From an uncultured Gemmatimonadales bacterium (GTDB lineage Bacteria; Gemmatimonadota; Gemmatimonadetes; Palauibacterales; Palauibacteraceae), in the NCBI GenBank assembly GCA_963783385.1, contig CAWANJ010000002.1, positions 348,739 through 412,738 on the forward strand: a DNA stretch of 64,000 bases. The letters run 5' to 3'. Shown here piece after piece: positions 39,027 to 50,825 of this stretch (its first letter is position 1; each line of letters opens with the position of its first letter). The notes beneath the pieces are model-generated. The model was given only the letters and a program-made list of their open reading frames with translations, did no database searches and was not told where the DNA came from. The position numbers and the translations under genes were made by a program.

Positions 39027-40468
39027 ATGGGCCGCACCCCCACCCTTGCCGACGCCGTCCGGGTCCTCCGCCGCCACTGGGGCCACCCGGGCTTCCGGCC
39101 CGCTCAGGAGCCGGTGGTGCGGGCCGTGCTCGCCGGCCGGGACGTCCTCGCCGTGCTTCCCACCGGCGGTGGAAAATCGGTCTGCTTCCAGGTGCCGGCC
39201 CTCCTGCACCCGGGGCTGACGCTCGTCCTCTCCCCCTCATCAGCCTCATGGAGGACCAGGTCTCCGGCGCCGAGCGTCGGGGGATCCCTGCGGCCGCCCT
39301 CACGTCGGCCACGCCGAGCCGCGAGCGCGAGCGCACGCGCGCCGCCCTGGCCGCAGGTCGCCTGCGGCTCCTGTACGTCTCCCCGGAGCGGCTCGAGGCG
39401 CCCGGCTTCGCGCGCTGGCTCGAAGGGGTGCGCGTCGCCCGCATGGCGGTGGACGAGGCACACTGCATCTCGGAATGGGGACACGACTTTCGCCCCTCGT
39501 ACCGGCGCATCGCGCGGGCGTGGAGCGCGGTGGCGCGGACCCGGCCGCCGATCGCCGCGTTCACCGCCACGGCGACCCCCGCCACCCGCCGGGACATCGC
39601 CGATGTGCTGGAGCTGCGCGACCCGGCCGTGTTCGCGTCCTCCGTGGACCGGCCCAACCTGCGCTGGTCGGCGGTGCGCGTACGCACGCTCCAGGAGGCC
39701 GCCGTGCGCGTGCTGGAGGCCGTACGCGCCGCCGCGGGGGCGGTCGTGGTGTACGCTCCCACCCGCAGCCGCGCCGTCCGGGTCGCGGAGGCGCTCCGCC
39801 GCCTCGGGGTGGGCGCGTCCGCGTACCACGCCGGCCTCCCCGACGACGTCAGGGAGCGGGTGCAGGGGGAGTTCCTGGCGGGCGCGGTGCAGGTGGTGTG
39901 CGCGACCAGCGCCTTCGGTATGGGCGTGGACCATCCCGAGGTGCGGCGCGTGGTGCACCTGGGCATCCCCGGCTCGCTGGAAGCCTACGTCCAGGAGGCG
40001 GGGCGGGCGGGCCGCGACGGGCGGACGGCCGAATGCATCCTGGTGTCGCACGTCGGGGACGAGGCGCTCCAGCGCGGCTTCATCGAGCGAGCCTGGCCGC
40101 GCCCGCGCCTCCTCTACCGGGTGTGGGACGCCATGCGGCCGGGCGAGCCGGCCGACCCGGACGCGATCCGCGCTCGCCTTCGCTCGCCTCCCGCCGCCGA
40201 GGCGGTCGCGGCCGCCCTCCGCCTGCTCGCCGAGTTCGGGTGCGTGCGACCCGCCGCCGGGTCCGAGGGATGGCGACGCGGTCCCGCCTTTCTGCGGCGG
40301 AGGATCGATCCGGCGGCCGCGCGCTGGGGTCGACGCCGCGCCCGCGACCGGCTGGACGCCATGCGCCGCTATGTCGCCACCCGGGAATGTCGCCGCGCCG
40401 TCGTGGCGCGCTGGTTCGGAGATCCGGCTCCGACCTGCGCCGGCTGCGACCGGTGTCAACCCGACTGA
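39027..40468 (+). CDS. recQ: RecQ-family helicase (apparent frameshift near 39240)
   Basis: LPTGGGKS, YVSPERL, VDEAHCISEWGHDFRP, QEAGRAGRDG and C-terminal CRR...CAGCDRC. Confidence 0.88.
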
Positions 40469-40667
40469 TGCACGCGACGACCGACCCCGCAGGCCCCCGA
40501 GACCGCTCGTCCGAGTCTCGAGCGCCGCCCTCCGCGCCCGTCCACTATTTCACCGCCCGTTAGAGCTCCCTACATTGTAAGGCTGAACGTGGACCGCGCG
40601 CCGCCGGCCTCCGGGCGGCGCGTCTCAGACCCGGTGAGTTACGAACACGCGACGGGATCGCCCATAG

Positions 40668-41891
40668 ATGAACGAGTACGACGGCTACCTCGAGGACCAC
40701 CACTACATGCTCCGCGACATGGTCAGGGAGTTCGCGGAGTCCGAGATCGCTCCCGTGGCCGCCCGCTTCGACGAGGAGGAACGCTTCCCGTGGGAGAACG
40801 GGGCCAAGATGGCCGAGCTCGGGCTGTTCGGGATCTCGATGCCCGAGGTCTACGGCGGCGCGGGCATGGACCTCCTCTCCTCGGTGGTGGCCGTGGAGGA
40901 GCTGGCCCGGATCGACGCCAGCCACTCGATCATGGTCGGGGCCCACACCTCCCTGTGCTGCACCCCGATCTCCCGGCACGGCACCGACGAGCAGAAGGAG
41001 AAGTACCTCACGCCGCTGGCCAGCGGCGTGGTCCTCGGGGGCTTCGGCCTCACCGAGCCCGGCGCGGGCTCCGACGCGGGCGGCACCACGACCACGGCCG
41101 TGAAGACGGGCGGCCACTACGTGCTCAACGGTCGCAAGACCTTCATCACGCACGGCGGGGTGGGGGAAGTCCTCGTGCTGGCGGCGCGCACCTCCCCGGC
41201 GGAGAGCGGCACGCACGGCATCACCGCCTTCATCCTCACCAAGGAGACGTGCGACCTGGAGGAGGCCATGCGGGTGGGCTTCGGCCACAGCGACCAGCTC
41301 GAGCCCATGCCGGGCCTCGAGGTGGGCCAGAAGCTGCGCAAGCTCGGCTGGAACGCCTCCGACACGCGCGAGCTCATCCTCGAGGACGTCGAGGTGCCGG
41401 AGGAGAACGTGCTGGGCGAGGTGGACCGCGGATTCCGCATCTTCCTGGACACCCTGGACGGTGGACGGGTGGGGGTGGCGGCGCACGCGGTCGGTATCGC
41501 GCAGGGGGCTTTCGACCTGGCGGTGCGCTACACGAACGAGCGCGAGCAATTCGGCTCCAGGATCAACCAGTTCCAGGGCGTGCGCTTCATGCTGGCCGAG
41601 ATGGCCACCCGCATCCACGCGGCCCGGCTCATGACGTACGAGTCGGCGCGGCTGCGCCAGGCGGGCCGGCGGCACAAGAAGGAGGCCTCCATGGCCAAGC
41701 TGTTCGCCTCCGAGACGGCCATGGACGTGACCATCAAGGCCGTCCAGCTGCACGGCGGCTACGGCTACACGCGCGAATACGCGGTCGAGCGCATGATGAG
41801 GGACGCGAAGATCACCGAGATCGGCGAGGGGACGAGCGAGATCCAGAAGATCGTGATCGCCCGCGAGCTGCTCCGCGGCCTCGAGGACTGA
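40668..41891 (+). CDS. acyl-CoA dehydrogenase (short/branched-chain type)
   Basis: [24 protein letters not shown] and IGEGTSEIQ. Confidence 0.93.
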   Translation: MNEYDGYLEDHHYMLRDMVREFAESEIAPVAARFDEEERFPWENGAKMAELGLFGISMPEVYGGAGMDLLSSVVAVEELARIDASHSIMVGAHTSLCCTPISRHGTDEQKEKYLTPLASGVVLGGFGLTEPGAGSDAGGTTTTAVKTGGHYVLNGRKTFITHGGVGEVLVLAARTSPAESGTHGITAFILTKETCDLEEAMRVGFGHSDQLEPMPGLEVGQKLRKLGWNASDTRELILEDVEVPEENVLGEVDRGFRIFLDTLDGGRVGVAAHAVGIAQGAFDLAVRYTNEREQFGSRINQFQGVRFMLAEMATRIHAARLMTYESARLRQAGRRHKKEASMAKLFASETAMDVTIKAVQLHGGYGYTREYAVERMMRDAKITEIGEGTSEIQKIVIARELLRGLED

Positions 41892-41915
41892 GGCGGAGCC
41901 GGGGCGGGGATCATC

Positions 41916-43436
41916 ATGCGACGTGAAATCGTCATCAACGTGGCGGGCCAAGAGACCCGCGTAGCCATCCTCGAGGACGGCAAGCTCGTCGAGTTCATGC
42001 ACGAGCGGCCCGAGCAGGAGCGGATGGTCGGGGACCTGTACCTGGGGAAGGTGGAGGCCGTCCTCCCCGGAATCCAGGCCGCCTTCGTGGACATCGGATC
42101 GGAGAAGAGCGCCTTCCTCCACGCCTCGGACCTGCGCGAGCGGGACGAGGACGACGAGGAGGAGGAGTCCGGGAACGGCCGCGGACGGCGCTACCCGGCC
42201 ATCCAGGACGTGGTGTCCCGCGGCCAGGAGATCCTCGTCCAGGTCACCAAGGAGCCGATCGGGACCAAGGGTTCGCGCGTCACCAGCCAGGTGTCCCTGC
42301 CCGGACGCTTCCTCGTCTACATCCCGCACAGCTCCCACGTCGGCGTGAGCCGCAAGATCGAGGACCGCGACGAGAGGGCCCGACTCAAGAAGCTGGGTCG
42401 GGAGATCCTCGGGGAGGGGAACGGCGGGATCATCATCCGGACCGTGGGCGAGGAGCTCACCCGGGAGGCATTCGAGCAGGAGCTCAAGTCGCTGCGGAAG
42501 TCCTGGGACAAGGTCCAGCGGCGCGCTCGCAGCATGAAGGCGCCCGCTCTCGTGTACCAGGAAGCCACGCTGACCTCGGGGATCATCCGGGATCTGTTCA
42601 CCGAGAAGGTGGACCTGCTCACGGTGGACGCGCCCGAGGTGGCGCAGGAGGTGCGTTCCTACCTGGGGCAGGTGAGCCCGGAGCTGCTGGACCGCGTCAA
42701 GGTGTACCGGGACTCGGAGCCGATCTTCGACGCGTTCGGCGTCGAGGACGAGCTCCGCCGGGCCTTCCAGCGGAAGGTGGAGCTCCCGTCGGGTGGCCAC
42801 ATCGTCATCGATCCGACCGAGGCGCTGGTGGCCATCGACGTGAACACCGGGCGCTACACGGGCAAGAAGGACCCGGCCGAGACCATCCTGCGCACGAACA
42901 TGGATGCGGCGCGCGAGATCGCCCGCCAGCTCCGGCTGCGCGACATCGGCGGCATCATCGTGTGCGACTTCATCGACATGGACGAGCAGGAGTACCGCGA
43001 CCGGGTGCTCCACGAGATGAAGACGCACGTGGGCCGCGACCGGGCGCGCTCCAAGGTGTTCGGGATCTCGGAGCTGGGCCTCCTGCAGATGAGCCGCCAG
43101 CGCGTGCGGCCCAGCCTGTACCAGGCGATGACCCAGCCGTGCCCGGTGTGCGAAGGTACGGGCCGGGTCCTGTCACCCGAAACCGTGGTGCGGAGGATCG
43201 AGCGCGCGGTGCGGCGGGCCGGTACCTCGGGTGAGTCGCGCGACCTCACCGTCCGGGTGCATCCCGAGGTGGCGCTCTATCTGCTGGAGGAGGAGCCCGC
43301 CTTCCTGCACCAGCTCCGCGAGGAGGCGGGGATCGCCCTCGACATCCGGGACGACCCGCTCATGCGGGTGGATGAGTTCCGCCTGCTGGCCTCTCCGGCC
43401 GACCAGGACGTGACTTCCCGGTACGCGGTGGCCTGA
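41916..43436 (+). CDS. ribonuclease Rne/Rng family
   Basis: S1 domain (AAFVDIG), [17 protein letters not shown] and [15 protein letters not shown]. Confidence 0.93.
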   Translation: MRREIVINVAGQETRVAILEDGKLVEFMHERPEQERMVGDLYLGKVEAVLPGIQAAFVDIGSEKSAFLHASDLRERDEDDEEEESGNGRGRRYPAIQDVVSRGQEILVQVTKEPIGTKGSRVTSQVSLPGRFLVYIPHSSHVGVSRKIEDRDERARLKKLGREILGEGNGGIIIRTVGEELTREAFEQELKSLRKSWDKVQRRARSMKAPALVYQEATLTSGIIRDLFTEKVDLLTVDAPEVAQEVRSYLGQVSPELLDRVKVYRDSEPIFDAFGVEDELRRAFQRKVELPSGGHIVIDPTEALVAIDVNTGRYTGKKDPAETILRTNMDAAREIARQLRLRDIGGIIVCDFIDMDEQEYRDRVLHEMKTHVGRDRARSKVFGISELGLLQMSRQRVRPSLYQAMTQPCPVCEGTGRVLSPETVVRRIERAVRRAGTSGESRDLTVRVHPEVALYLLEEEPAFLHQLREEAGIALDIRDDPLMRVDEFRLLASPADQDVTSRYAVA

Positions 43437-43459
43437 GCGCCGGAGCCGCGAGCCCAACG

Positions 43460-43489
43460 TTGACGAGTACCCGCTAGCCGCCCTATCTT
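43460..43489 (+). promoter_or_regulatory. candidate sigma70 promoter of rplU-rpmA
   Basis: TTGACG-18 nt-TATCTT about 45 nt upstream of rplU. Confidence 0.55.
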
Positions 43490-43532
43490 TGTCGGCTCCG
43501 AACGAACCTAGAGGAACGAAGGCGAGCCGAGC

Positions 43533-44141
43533 ATGTACGCGATATTCGAGGCCAAGGGCAAGCAGTGGCGCGCCGAGCCCGGCGCGACCCTGCGGCTGCC
43601 GAGTCTGGACGCCGAGCCGGGCGACAGGGTGGTGTTCGACGACGTCCTCCTGGCCGACCAGGACGGCGAGGTCATCATCGGCCGACCCTCTCTGGAGGGG
43701 TCCGCGGTGGCCACCGAGGTGCTGCGCCACGGCAAGGGCGAAAAGATCGTCGTCTTCAAGATGAAGCGGCGCAAGAACTACCGCCGCAAGCAGGGCCACC
43801 GGCAGGCCTACACCGAGGTGGTGGTCGTGGACATCACCCTGGGCGGGGGCGAAGCCGCGACCAGGCCGAAGAAGGCCGCGAAGACCGAGGCCCCCGAGGC
43901 CGAGAAGAAGGCGGAGACTCCGAAGGCCGAGAAGAAGGTCGAGGCGCCGACGGCCGAGAAGCCGGCTCCGAAGAAGGAGGCCGTCGCGGAGGCCATCGCC
44001 GAGGCGGAGATCACCCCCGCCGCGGCCGAGCTGGCGGCCGAGAACGGCATCGACGTCTCCTCGATCGAGGGCACCGGCAAGGACGGCCGGGTTCTCAAGT
44101 CGGACGTGGAGAAGGCGATCAAGGAACGGGACGAGGGATAA
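43533..44141 (+). CDS. rplU: 50S ribosomal protein L21 with Ala/Lys/Glu linker and C-terminal E3-binding-like domain
   Basis: MYAIF..GKQ...[17 protein letters not shown]; tail [15 protein letters not shown]...[13 protein letters not shown]. Confidence 0.95.
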   Translation: MYAIFEAKGKQWRAEPGATLRLPSLDAEPGDRVVFDDVLLADQDGEVIIGRPSLEGSAVATEVLRHGKGEKIVVFKMKRRKNYRRKQGHRQAYTEVVVVDITLGGGEAATRPKKAAKTEAPEAEKKAETPKAEKKVEAPTAEKPAPKKEAVAEAIAEAEITPAAAELAAENGIDVSSIEGTGKDGRVLKSDVEKAIKERDEG

Positions 44142-44145
44142 TCCG

Positions 44146-44403
44146 ATGGCGCACAAGAAGGGACTCGGCTCGACCCGTAACGGTCGTGACAGCAAGCCCA
44201 AGTACCTGGGCGTCAAGAAGTACGGCGGCGAGCGCGTGCGGGCCGGCAACATCCTCGTCCGGCAGCGAGGCACGCCCATCCACCCGGGCCGCAACGTGGG
44301 CCGGGGCAAGGACGACACGCTGTTCGCGCTCGAGGACGGGGTGGTGACCTTCGCCACCCGGCGTGGTGGGCGGAAGTTCGTGAGCGTGCTGCCCGAGGCC
44401 TGA
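44146..44403 (+). CDS. rpmA: 50S ribosomal protein L27
   Basis: [16 protein letters not shown]...RQRGT...[11 protein letters not shown]. Confidence 0.97.
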   Translation: MAHKKGLGSTRNGRDSKPKYLGVKKYGGERVRAGNILVRQRGTPIHPGRNVGRGKDDTLFALEDGVVTFATRRGGRKFVSVLPEA

Positions 44404-44475
44404 CCGGGCGTCGACACGGAGCCCGGCCTGTCGGGCCGGGCAGGGGCTGCTCCGCCATCGAGCGGAGGAACGAAA

Positions 44476-44499
44476 CGGGGGCGCCACGAGGCGCCCCCG
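44476..44499. terminator. hairpin between convergent genes
   Basis: CGGGGGCGCC-ACGA-GGCGCCCCCG, a perfect 10-bp stem; weak U-tracts. Confidence 0.55.
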
Positions 44500-44543
44500 C
44501 TGTCGTTTGCGGGGTGGGGCGGAAGCGCGGGGCGTGCGGCCTG

Positions 44544-46505
44544 CTAGAGAACGGACGCGGGCCGGGGCCGCGTGGCCCGCCAGGCAGCCGCGCTCGCCCT
44601 CCCCAGGGCGAGCGTGGCGAGCCCCACCGCCAGCCCCAGCATCGAGACCGCCGGGAGCGGCGTCACGCCCCGGACCAGGAGAGGCAGGGCCCGCTCGAGG
44701 CCCGCCACGACCACGGCCCCGGCCGCCGCGCCCATCGCCACCAGCTTCCCGGCGTCCGCCGCGACGAGCCGGGCGATGTGGAGCCGCCGGGCCCCCAGGG
44801 CGCGGCGGAGTCCGAGCTCGGCCCGGCGTGCCCGCACCCGGGCGGCCAGCGTGGCGGCCACGGCGTGGACCGCCAGCAGCAGGCACACGAGGGCGAGGGC
44901 GGTCGTGAGGCCGGCCAGCCAGCCCACCACCCGGACGCGGCCGTCCAGGAGACCGGACAGCGTGCCGAGCACCGTCGCGCGGCTCCCCGGCGCCGCGTCG
45001 GCCACGGCGCGAAGGGCGGCCTCCCCCGATGCCCGCGGATCGTGCCCCGGCTCCACGCGGAACGCGACGTCGGCCTCGGACGGGGGATGGTCGAGGGCCG
45101 AGACGTACAGGGTGGGCACGGCGGCGCCCCCGGTGCCGAGGCCGACGGGGTGCGGGACCTCCACCGTCCCCGCCACGGGGACGCCGGGTTCCAGCTTCGG
45201 CGTCTGGTCGGGCAGCCACAACCTCCGGCCCTCGGGGTCGCGTCCCTGGAACAGGCGGCTCCGGAAGGCACGGTCCACCAGCGCGGTCCCCGCGGCCGGA
45301 CTGTCCGGGGCCGGGCCCGGCGGTGCCTGGTCCCCCCGGCCGCTCCGCGCCGTCCCGTCGAGCGCCCTTCTCCCCTGCAGCAGGTCGAAGAAGCCGGGTC
45401 CCACGGCCTCGTAGCGCACGAGCCCGAACATCAGGCCGGCGGCCAGGCCGCCGGCCGAGCACCAGGGGCAGTCGGCCGCCGCCCGGTCCACGGGGCCGAG
45501 GCCGAGGAGGGCGCCAGGGGAGGACACGGAGGCCTGGCTCACGCCGGGAAGCGCCAGGAGCCGGCGGCGGACGTCCGTCCACACCCTCGCCGAGACGGGC
45601 CCCGCGGGCAGTCGGACCCGGAGGAGAAGCGTGTCCGTGGCATCGGGGTAGGCCCGGGCGTCGGCCGCCACCGCCGGAGCGCCGCGCACGAGAAGCAGCG
45701 CCGCCACCGTCACGACCACGGCGGCGCCGACCTGGGCCGCGGCGAGCAGCCAGCCTGCCGTGCCGCCCGCGCCCGCCGAGAGGCCCGTGCCTCCGCCGGT
45801 CCGAGGGCCCGCCAGGTCGCCGATGCGCCGGGCCGGGTGCCTGAGGATCTCGCGGCGGGCCGCTCCGGGGAGAGCGACGACCACCACGGCGGCGAGGACC
45901 GCCACCAGCAACAGCGCGGCCGGGAGCCCGGCGGGGGCGCCCCAAGCGTGCGCGCCGGTCCCGAAGGCGAGCAGGGGAGGCGCCAGGCGGCGGAGCGCCA
46001 CCCGTCCGGCCCAGCCGAGCGGGAGCGCAATCGCGGCCGCCGTGGCCGCCATTGTGAGGCCCTGCACGGCCCGCTCGCGCCGGAGGCGCCGCTCGCTGGC
46101 CCCGAGCGCGGCGCGCAGCGCCCACTCCGACTGGCGCTCCGCCGCGTCGGACAGGAGAGAGAGGCCCAGGTGGAGGACGCCTGCGGCCAGCGCCAGGAGC
46201 GCCAGGCCGCCGGCCACCCACAGCGCGGCCGACAGGGCGCTCCCCTGCAGCGCCGCCGCCGTGCGGAGATCGGGGCTCCACCCCCCGAACCAGCCCCCGT
46301 CGGGGGGCGTGGCGGCGCGCACCGCCCACGCCAGTCGGGGCGGCCACCAGGAGGCGAGGGCCAGGAGCCCGAGGATCGAGCCGCTGGCGCCCGCCGCCAG
46401 CCCGAGGGCGACGGCGGCGGTCCGCGGTCCGGCCGGGGCGCGCCGCCGGCCGCCGATTCGGCTACTCGCCGGTGAAGTGGGCCTCCCTCTTGCCCAGGAA
46501 CGCAT
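44544..46505 (-). CDS. MacB/FtsX-like duplicated ABC permease (start uncertain)
   Basis: Two copies of the permease motif (ERQSEWALRAALGA; RRAELGLRRALGA) with TM bundles. Confidence 0.7.
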   Translation of the reverse strand: MRSWARGRPTSPASSRIGGRRRAPAGPRTAAVALGLAAGASGSILGLLALASWWPPRLAWAVRAATPPDGGWFGGWSPDLRTAAALQGSALSAALWVAGGLALLALAAGVLHLGLSLLSDAAERQSEWALRAALGASERRLRRERAVQGLTMAATAAAIALPLGWAGRVALRRLAPPLLAFGTGAHAWGAPAGLPAALLLVAVLAAVVVVALPGAARREILRHPARRIGDLAGPRTGGGTGLSAGAGGTAGWLLAAAQVGAAVVVTVAALLLVRGAPAVAADARAYPDATDTLLLRVRLPAGPVSARVWTDVRRRLLALPGVSQASVSSPGALLGLGPVDRAAADCPWCSAGGLAAGLMFGLVRYEAVGPGFFDLLQGRRALDGTARSGRGDQAPPGPAPDSPAAGTALVDRAFRSRLFQGRDPEGRRLWLPDQTPKLEPGVPVAGTVEVPHPVGLGTGGAAVPTLYVSALDHPPSEADVAFRVEPGHDPRASGEAALRAVADAAPGSRATVLGTLSGLLDGRVRVVGWLAGLTTALALVCLLLAVHAVAATLAARVRARRAELGLRRALGARRLHIARLVAADAGKLVAMGAAAGAVVVAGLERALPLLVRGVTPLPAVSMLGLAVGLATLALGRASAAAWRATRPRPASVL

Positions 46506-47241
46506 CGACGCCCTCCTCCATGTCCTTGGTCGAGAACAGGAGCGCGAACCAGCCTCGCTCGAATTTGAGGCCCTCCTCCAGCGGCATGCGGCGGGCGGCC
46601 AGCACGCTCTCCTTGGCGGCCTGCAGGGCGATCGGCCCCTTGGAGGCGATCTTCCGGGCCAGCTCCAGGGTGCGCTCCCGGAGCTGGTCGGCCGGGACCA
46701 CCTCGTCGACCAGGCCGATGCGGCCGGCCTCCTCGGCGCCGACCATCTCGCCCGAGAGAATGAGCTTGAGGGCCCGGCCCTCGCCCACCAGGCGCGGCAG
46801 CCTCTGGGTGCCGCCGCCGCCCGGAATGATGCCCAGGTTGATCTCCGGCTGGCCCAGTCGGGCCCGGTCCGAGGCCATGCGGATGTCGCAGGCCATGGAC
46901 AGCTCGCAGCCGCCGCCCAGGCAGTAGCCGTTGATCATGGCGATGACGGGCTTGGGGAAGTTCTCCATCGCCGAGTAGATGTTGCCGCGCACCATGGCAC
47001 GGTGCTGCTGCGCCGGCGTCTTGCCCTCGAACTCCTTGATGTCGGCGCCCGCGATGAAGGCCTTCTCTCCCGCGCCGGTGAGGACGACCACGCGAACGGC
47101 GTCGTCGTCCCGCAGCGCGTCGAGCGCTCCCAGCAGGGCACAGCGCACCTCGCCGTTGAGCGCGTTCAGCTTGTCGGGGCGGTTCACGGTGAGGAGGGCC
47201 ACGCCTCCGTCCAGCTTCTCGACCTTCAGCACGTCGCTCAT
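46462..47241 (-). CDS. enoyl-CoA hydratase (crotonase/PaaF-like)
   Basis: NRPDKLNAL, FIAGADI, LGGGCEL and GQPEINLGIIPGGGGTQRL. Confidence 0.93.
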   Translation of the reverse strand: MSDVLKVEKLDGGVALLTVNRPDKLNALNGEVRCALLGALDALRDDDAVRVVVLTGAGEKAFIAGADIKEFEGKTPAQQHRAMVRGNIYSAMENFPKPVIAMINGYCLGGGCELSMACDIRMASDRARLGQPEINLGIIPGGGGTQRLPRLVGEGRALKLILSGEMVGAEEAGRIGLVDEVVPADQLRERTLELARKIASKGPIALQAAKESVLAARRMPLEEGLKFERGWFALLFSTKDMEEGVDAFLGKREAHFTGE

Positions 47242-47255
47242 GATTCTATCTCCTC

Positions 47256-48131
47256 TCACCACTCGTAGAAGCCCCGGCCGGACTTCCGGCCCAGCTTGCC
47301 CTCCTCCACCATGCTCTCCAGGAGCTCGGGCGGCCGGAACCGCTCCCCGAGCTCGCTGTGCAGGTAGCGGGCGATCTCGAGCCGCACGTCGAGGCCCACC
47401 AGGTCGGTGAGCCGCAGCGGGCCCATGGGATGCCGGTAGCCCAGCACCATGGCCGTGTCGATGTCCTCCGGGCTGGCCACGCCCTCCTCGACCATGCGGA
47501 TGGCCTCGAGGCCGAGCGCGATCCCGAGTCGGGAGGAGGCGAACCCGGGCGAGTCGTGCACCACGATCGGGGTCTTGCCCAGCCGCTCGGCGAAGTCGCG
47601 CGCCCGCTCGATCGCCTGCGGGGCGCTGCGGTCGCCCTGCACGACCTCGACCAGGGCCATGATGTGGACCGGGTTGAAGAAGTGCATACCGACCACGCGC
47701 TCGGCGCCCGGGACGGACTCGGCCAGGGCCGTGATCGACAGGGAGGACGTGTTGGAGGCCAGGAGGGCGGCGGGTCCGGCCGCCTCGGCGGCCTCCGTCA
47801 GGACCTGCCGCTTTAGCTCGAGGCGCTCCGGGACCGCCTCGACCACGATCGCGGCTCCGGCGGCCGCCGCCGCGAGATCCGTCGTGACCGAGAGGCGGGC
47901 CAGGGTCCCCTCGCGGACGCCGGGCTCCAGCTTTCCGAGCTCGATGCCCTTGTCGAGGTTCCGCTCCACCCTGGCGCGGGCCGCGTCCAGCACGCCCCGG
48001 TCGATGTCGTAGAGGCGTGTCTCGTAGCCCGCCAGCGCCGCCACGTGGGCGATGCCGTGCCCCATGGTGCCCGCGCCGAGGACCGCGACGGGTCCGGGCG
48101 GCTCGATCCTGACGTCGTCTTCGTGCTCCAT
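47256..48131 (-). CDS. 3-hydroxyacyl-CoA dehydrogenase
   Basis: GAGTMGHGIA, EAVPE, ASNTSSL, GMHFFNP and HPMGPL. Confidence 0.93.
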   Translation of the reverse strand: MEHEDDVRIEPPGPVAVLGAGTMGHGIAHVAALAGYETRLYDIDRGVLDAARARVERNLDKGIELGKLEPGVREGTLARLSVTTDLAAAAAGAAIVVEAVPERLELKRQVLTEAAEAAGPAALLASNTSSLSITALAESVPGAERVVGMHFFNPVHIMALVEVVQGDRSAPQAIERARDFAERLGKTPIVVHDSPGFASSRLGIALGLEAIRMVEEGVASPEDIDTAMVLGYRHPMGPLRLTDLVGLDVRLEIARYLHSELGERFRPPELLESMVEEGKLGRKSGRGFYEW

Positions 48132-48141
48132 GTGTCCGCTC

Positions 48142-48663
48142 TCAGTCCTCGATCTGCTCTTCGGGCGGGCTCCGCCAGTCCACCGGCTTGCGGCGCACCA
48201 CCTCGACCGCATCGAACCCCAGCTCGTCGGCGATGGCGTTGCCGATCACGTTTCCGGCCGACGTGTACAGGCGGATCTCCATGAACTCCTCCTCGCGGGC
48301 CCAGCGCAGGGCGGCCGTCAGGAGACGCTTGAGGTTGCCGCGCCGCCGTGCGTCGGGCCGCACGAACGGGGTCTGGATGCGCGCGTAGCGGGGCGGCATG
48401 AAGTACGGCAGGTTCTCTTCGGCGAAGCAGGTCACCATGCCGTCCAGGCCCCCATCGGGCCGCTCCAGGACGAACACGGCGGATTCGGGCCCTTCGATGT
48501 GCCGGCGGAAGACCTCGCGACGCTTCTCGAGCCCCCGCTTCGCCAGGCGGTAGGCCGGGTTGTCCCGGTGCAGGCGCAGGTAGTGCGACCACAGCGCGAG
48601 GACCTCCTCCAGGTCGTCGAGCGTGGCGTTCCGGAGGATGGCCTCGTCACGCATGGGAGCCAT
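48142..48663 (-). CDS. GNAT-family acetyltransferase
   Basis: IRxATxDD-like N-terminus, FVRPDARRRG acetyl-CoA motif and LGF. Confidence 0.75.
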   Translation of the reverse strand: MAPMRDEAILRNATLDDLEEVLALWSHYLRLHRDNPAYRLAKRGLEKRREVFRRHIEGPESAVFVLERPDGGLDGMVTCFAEENLPYFMPPRYARIQTPFVRPDARRRGNLKRLLTAALRWAREEEFMEIRLYTSAGNVIGNAIADELGFDAVEVVRRKPVDWRSPPEEQIED

Positions 48664-49551
48664 CCTCCCCGTCCTCCCCGTCCGGCCCGGAGGGCCGGCC
48701 CCCGAACCGGGGCGGCCGCTTCTCGACGAAGGCGCGCACTCCCTCGAGAGCGTCCTCCGAGCGGAAGCACGCCTCCTGCGCCCGGACCTCGTAGTCCAGC
48801 ATCGTGTCGAGGTCGGCGCCCCACGTCTGGCGCAGGGCCTCCTTGGCGAGCCGGATCGGAAGGGCGGGCTTGGCGGCCAGCCGCTCGGCCAGTTCTTCCA
48901 CCTCCTCTTCCAGCCGCTCGTGCGGCACCACCCGGTTCACAAGCCCGATGCGCTCCGCCTCGGCCGCGTCCACCATGTCGGCCAGGAAGAAGAGCTCGGC
49001 GGCGCGCGCCGGGCCCACCAGCCGGGGCAGGAACCACGTCCCGCCCCAGTCGGGGTGGAGCCCGATCCGGTTGAACGTCTGCCCGATCGAGGCGCGCTCG
49101 GAGGCGATGCGGAGGTCGCAGGCCAGGGCGAGGTTGGCGCCCCCGCCCGCCGCGGGACCGTTGAGGGCCGCGATGACGGGCTTGGGCATGCGCGTGATGG
49201 CCATGGTCACCCGGCGGCCCGCCTCGACCAGGGCGCGCGCCTCCTCGAAGCGCTCCCCCTCGACCATGTCCGTCATGTAGCCGACGTCGGCCCCGGCGCA
49301 GAACGCGCGCCCGGCCCCGGTGATGATCACGACGCGCACCGCGTCGTCGCCGCCCAGGCGCTCGAGCACCTCGCCGATCCGGTCCCGCATGTCCCCGACG
49401 AAGGCGTTCAGCTTGTCGGGGCGGTTCAGCGTCACCCGGCCAATGGGGCCGTCGACCCGGACGAGGATGTGCTCGGACCCGTCCATGGCGGCCAAAGTGG
49501 CGTCCGGCCCGGAGCCCGCAGCGTCCGGCGCGCCGCCCGCCCCGCCGCTCA

Positions 49552-49552
<1 letters not shown>
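48647..49552 (-). CDS. enoyl-CoA hydratase/isomerase (PaaG-like)
   Basis: NRPDKLNA, FCAGAD, GPAAGGGANLALACD and IGLHPDWGG. Confidence 0.88.
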
Positions 49553-50770
<1,218 letters not shown>

Positions 50771-50825
50771 TCACCTCGCCTCCTCGCGGCTCACTGCATC
50801 TATCCGGGGCACGGGGCGGCGCCGC

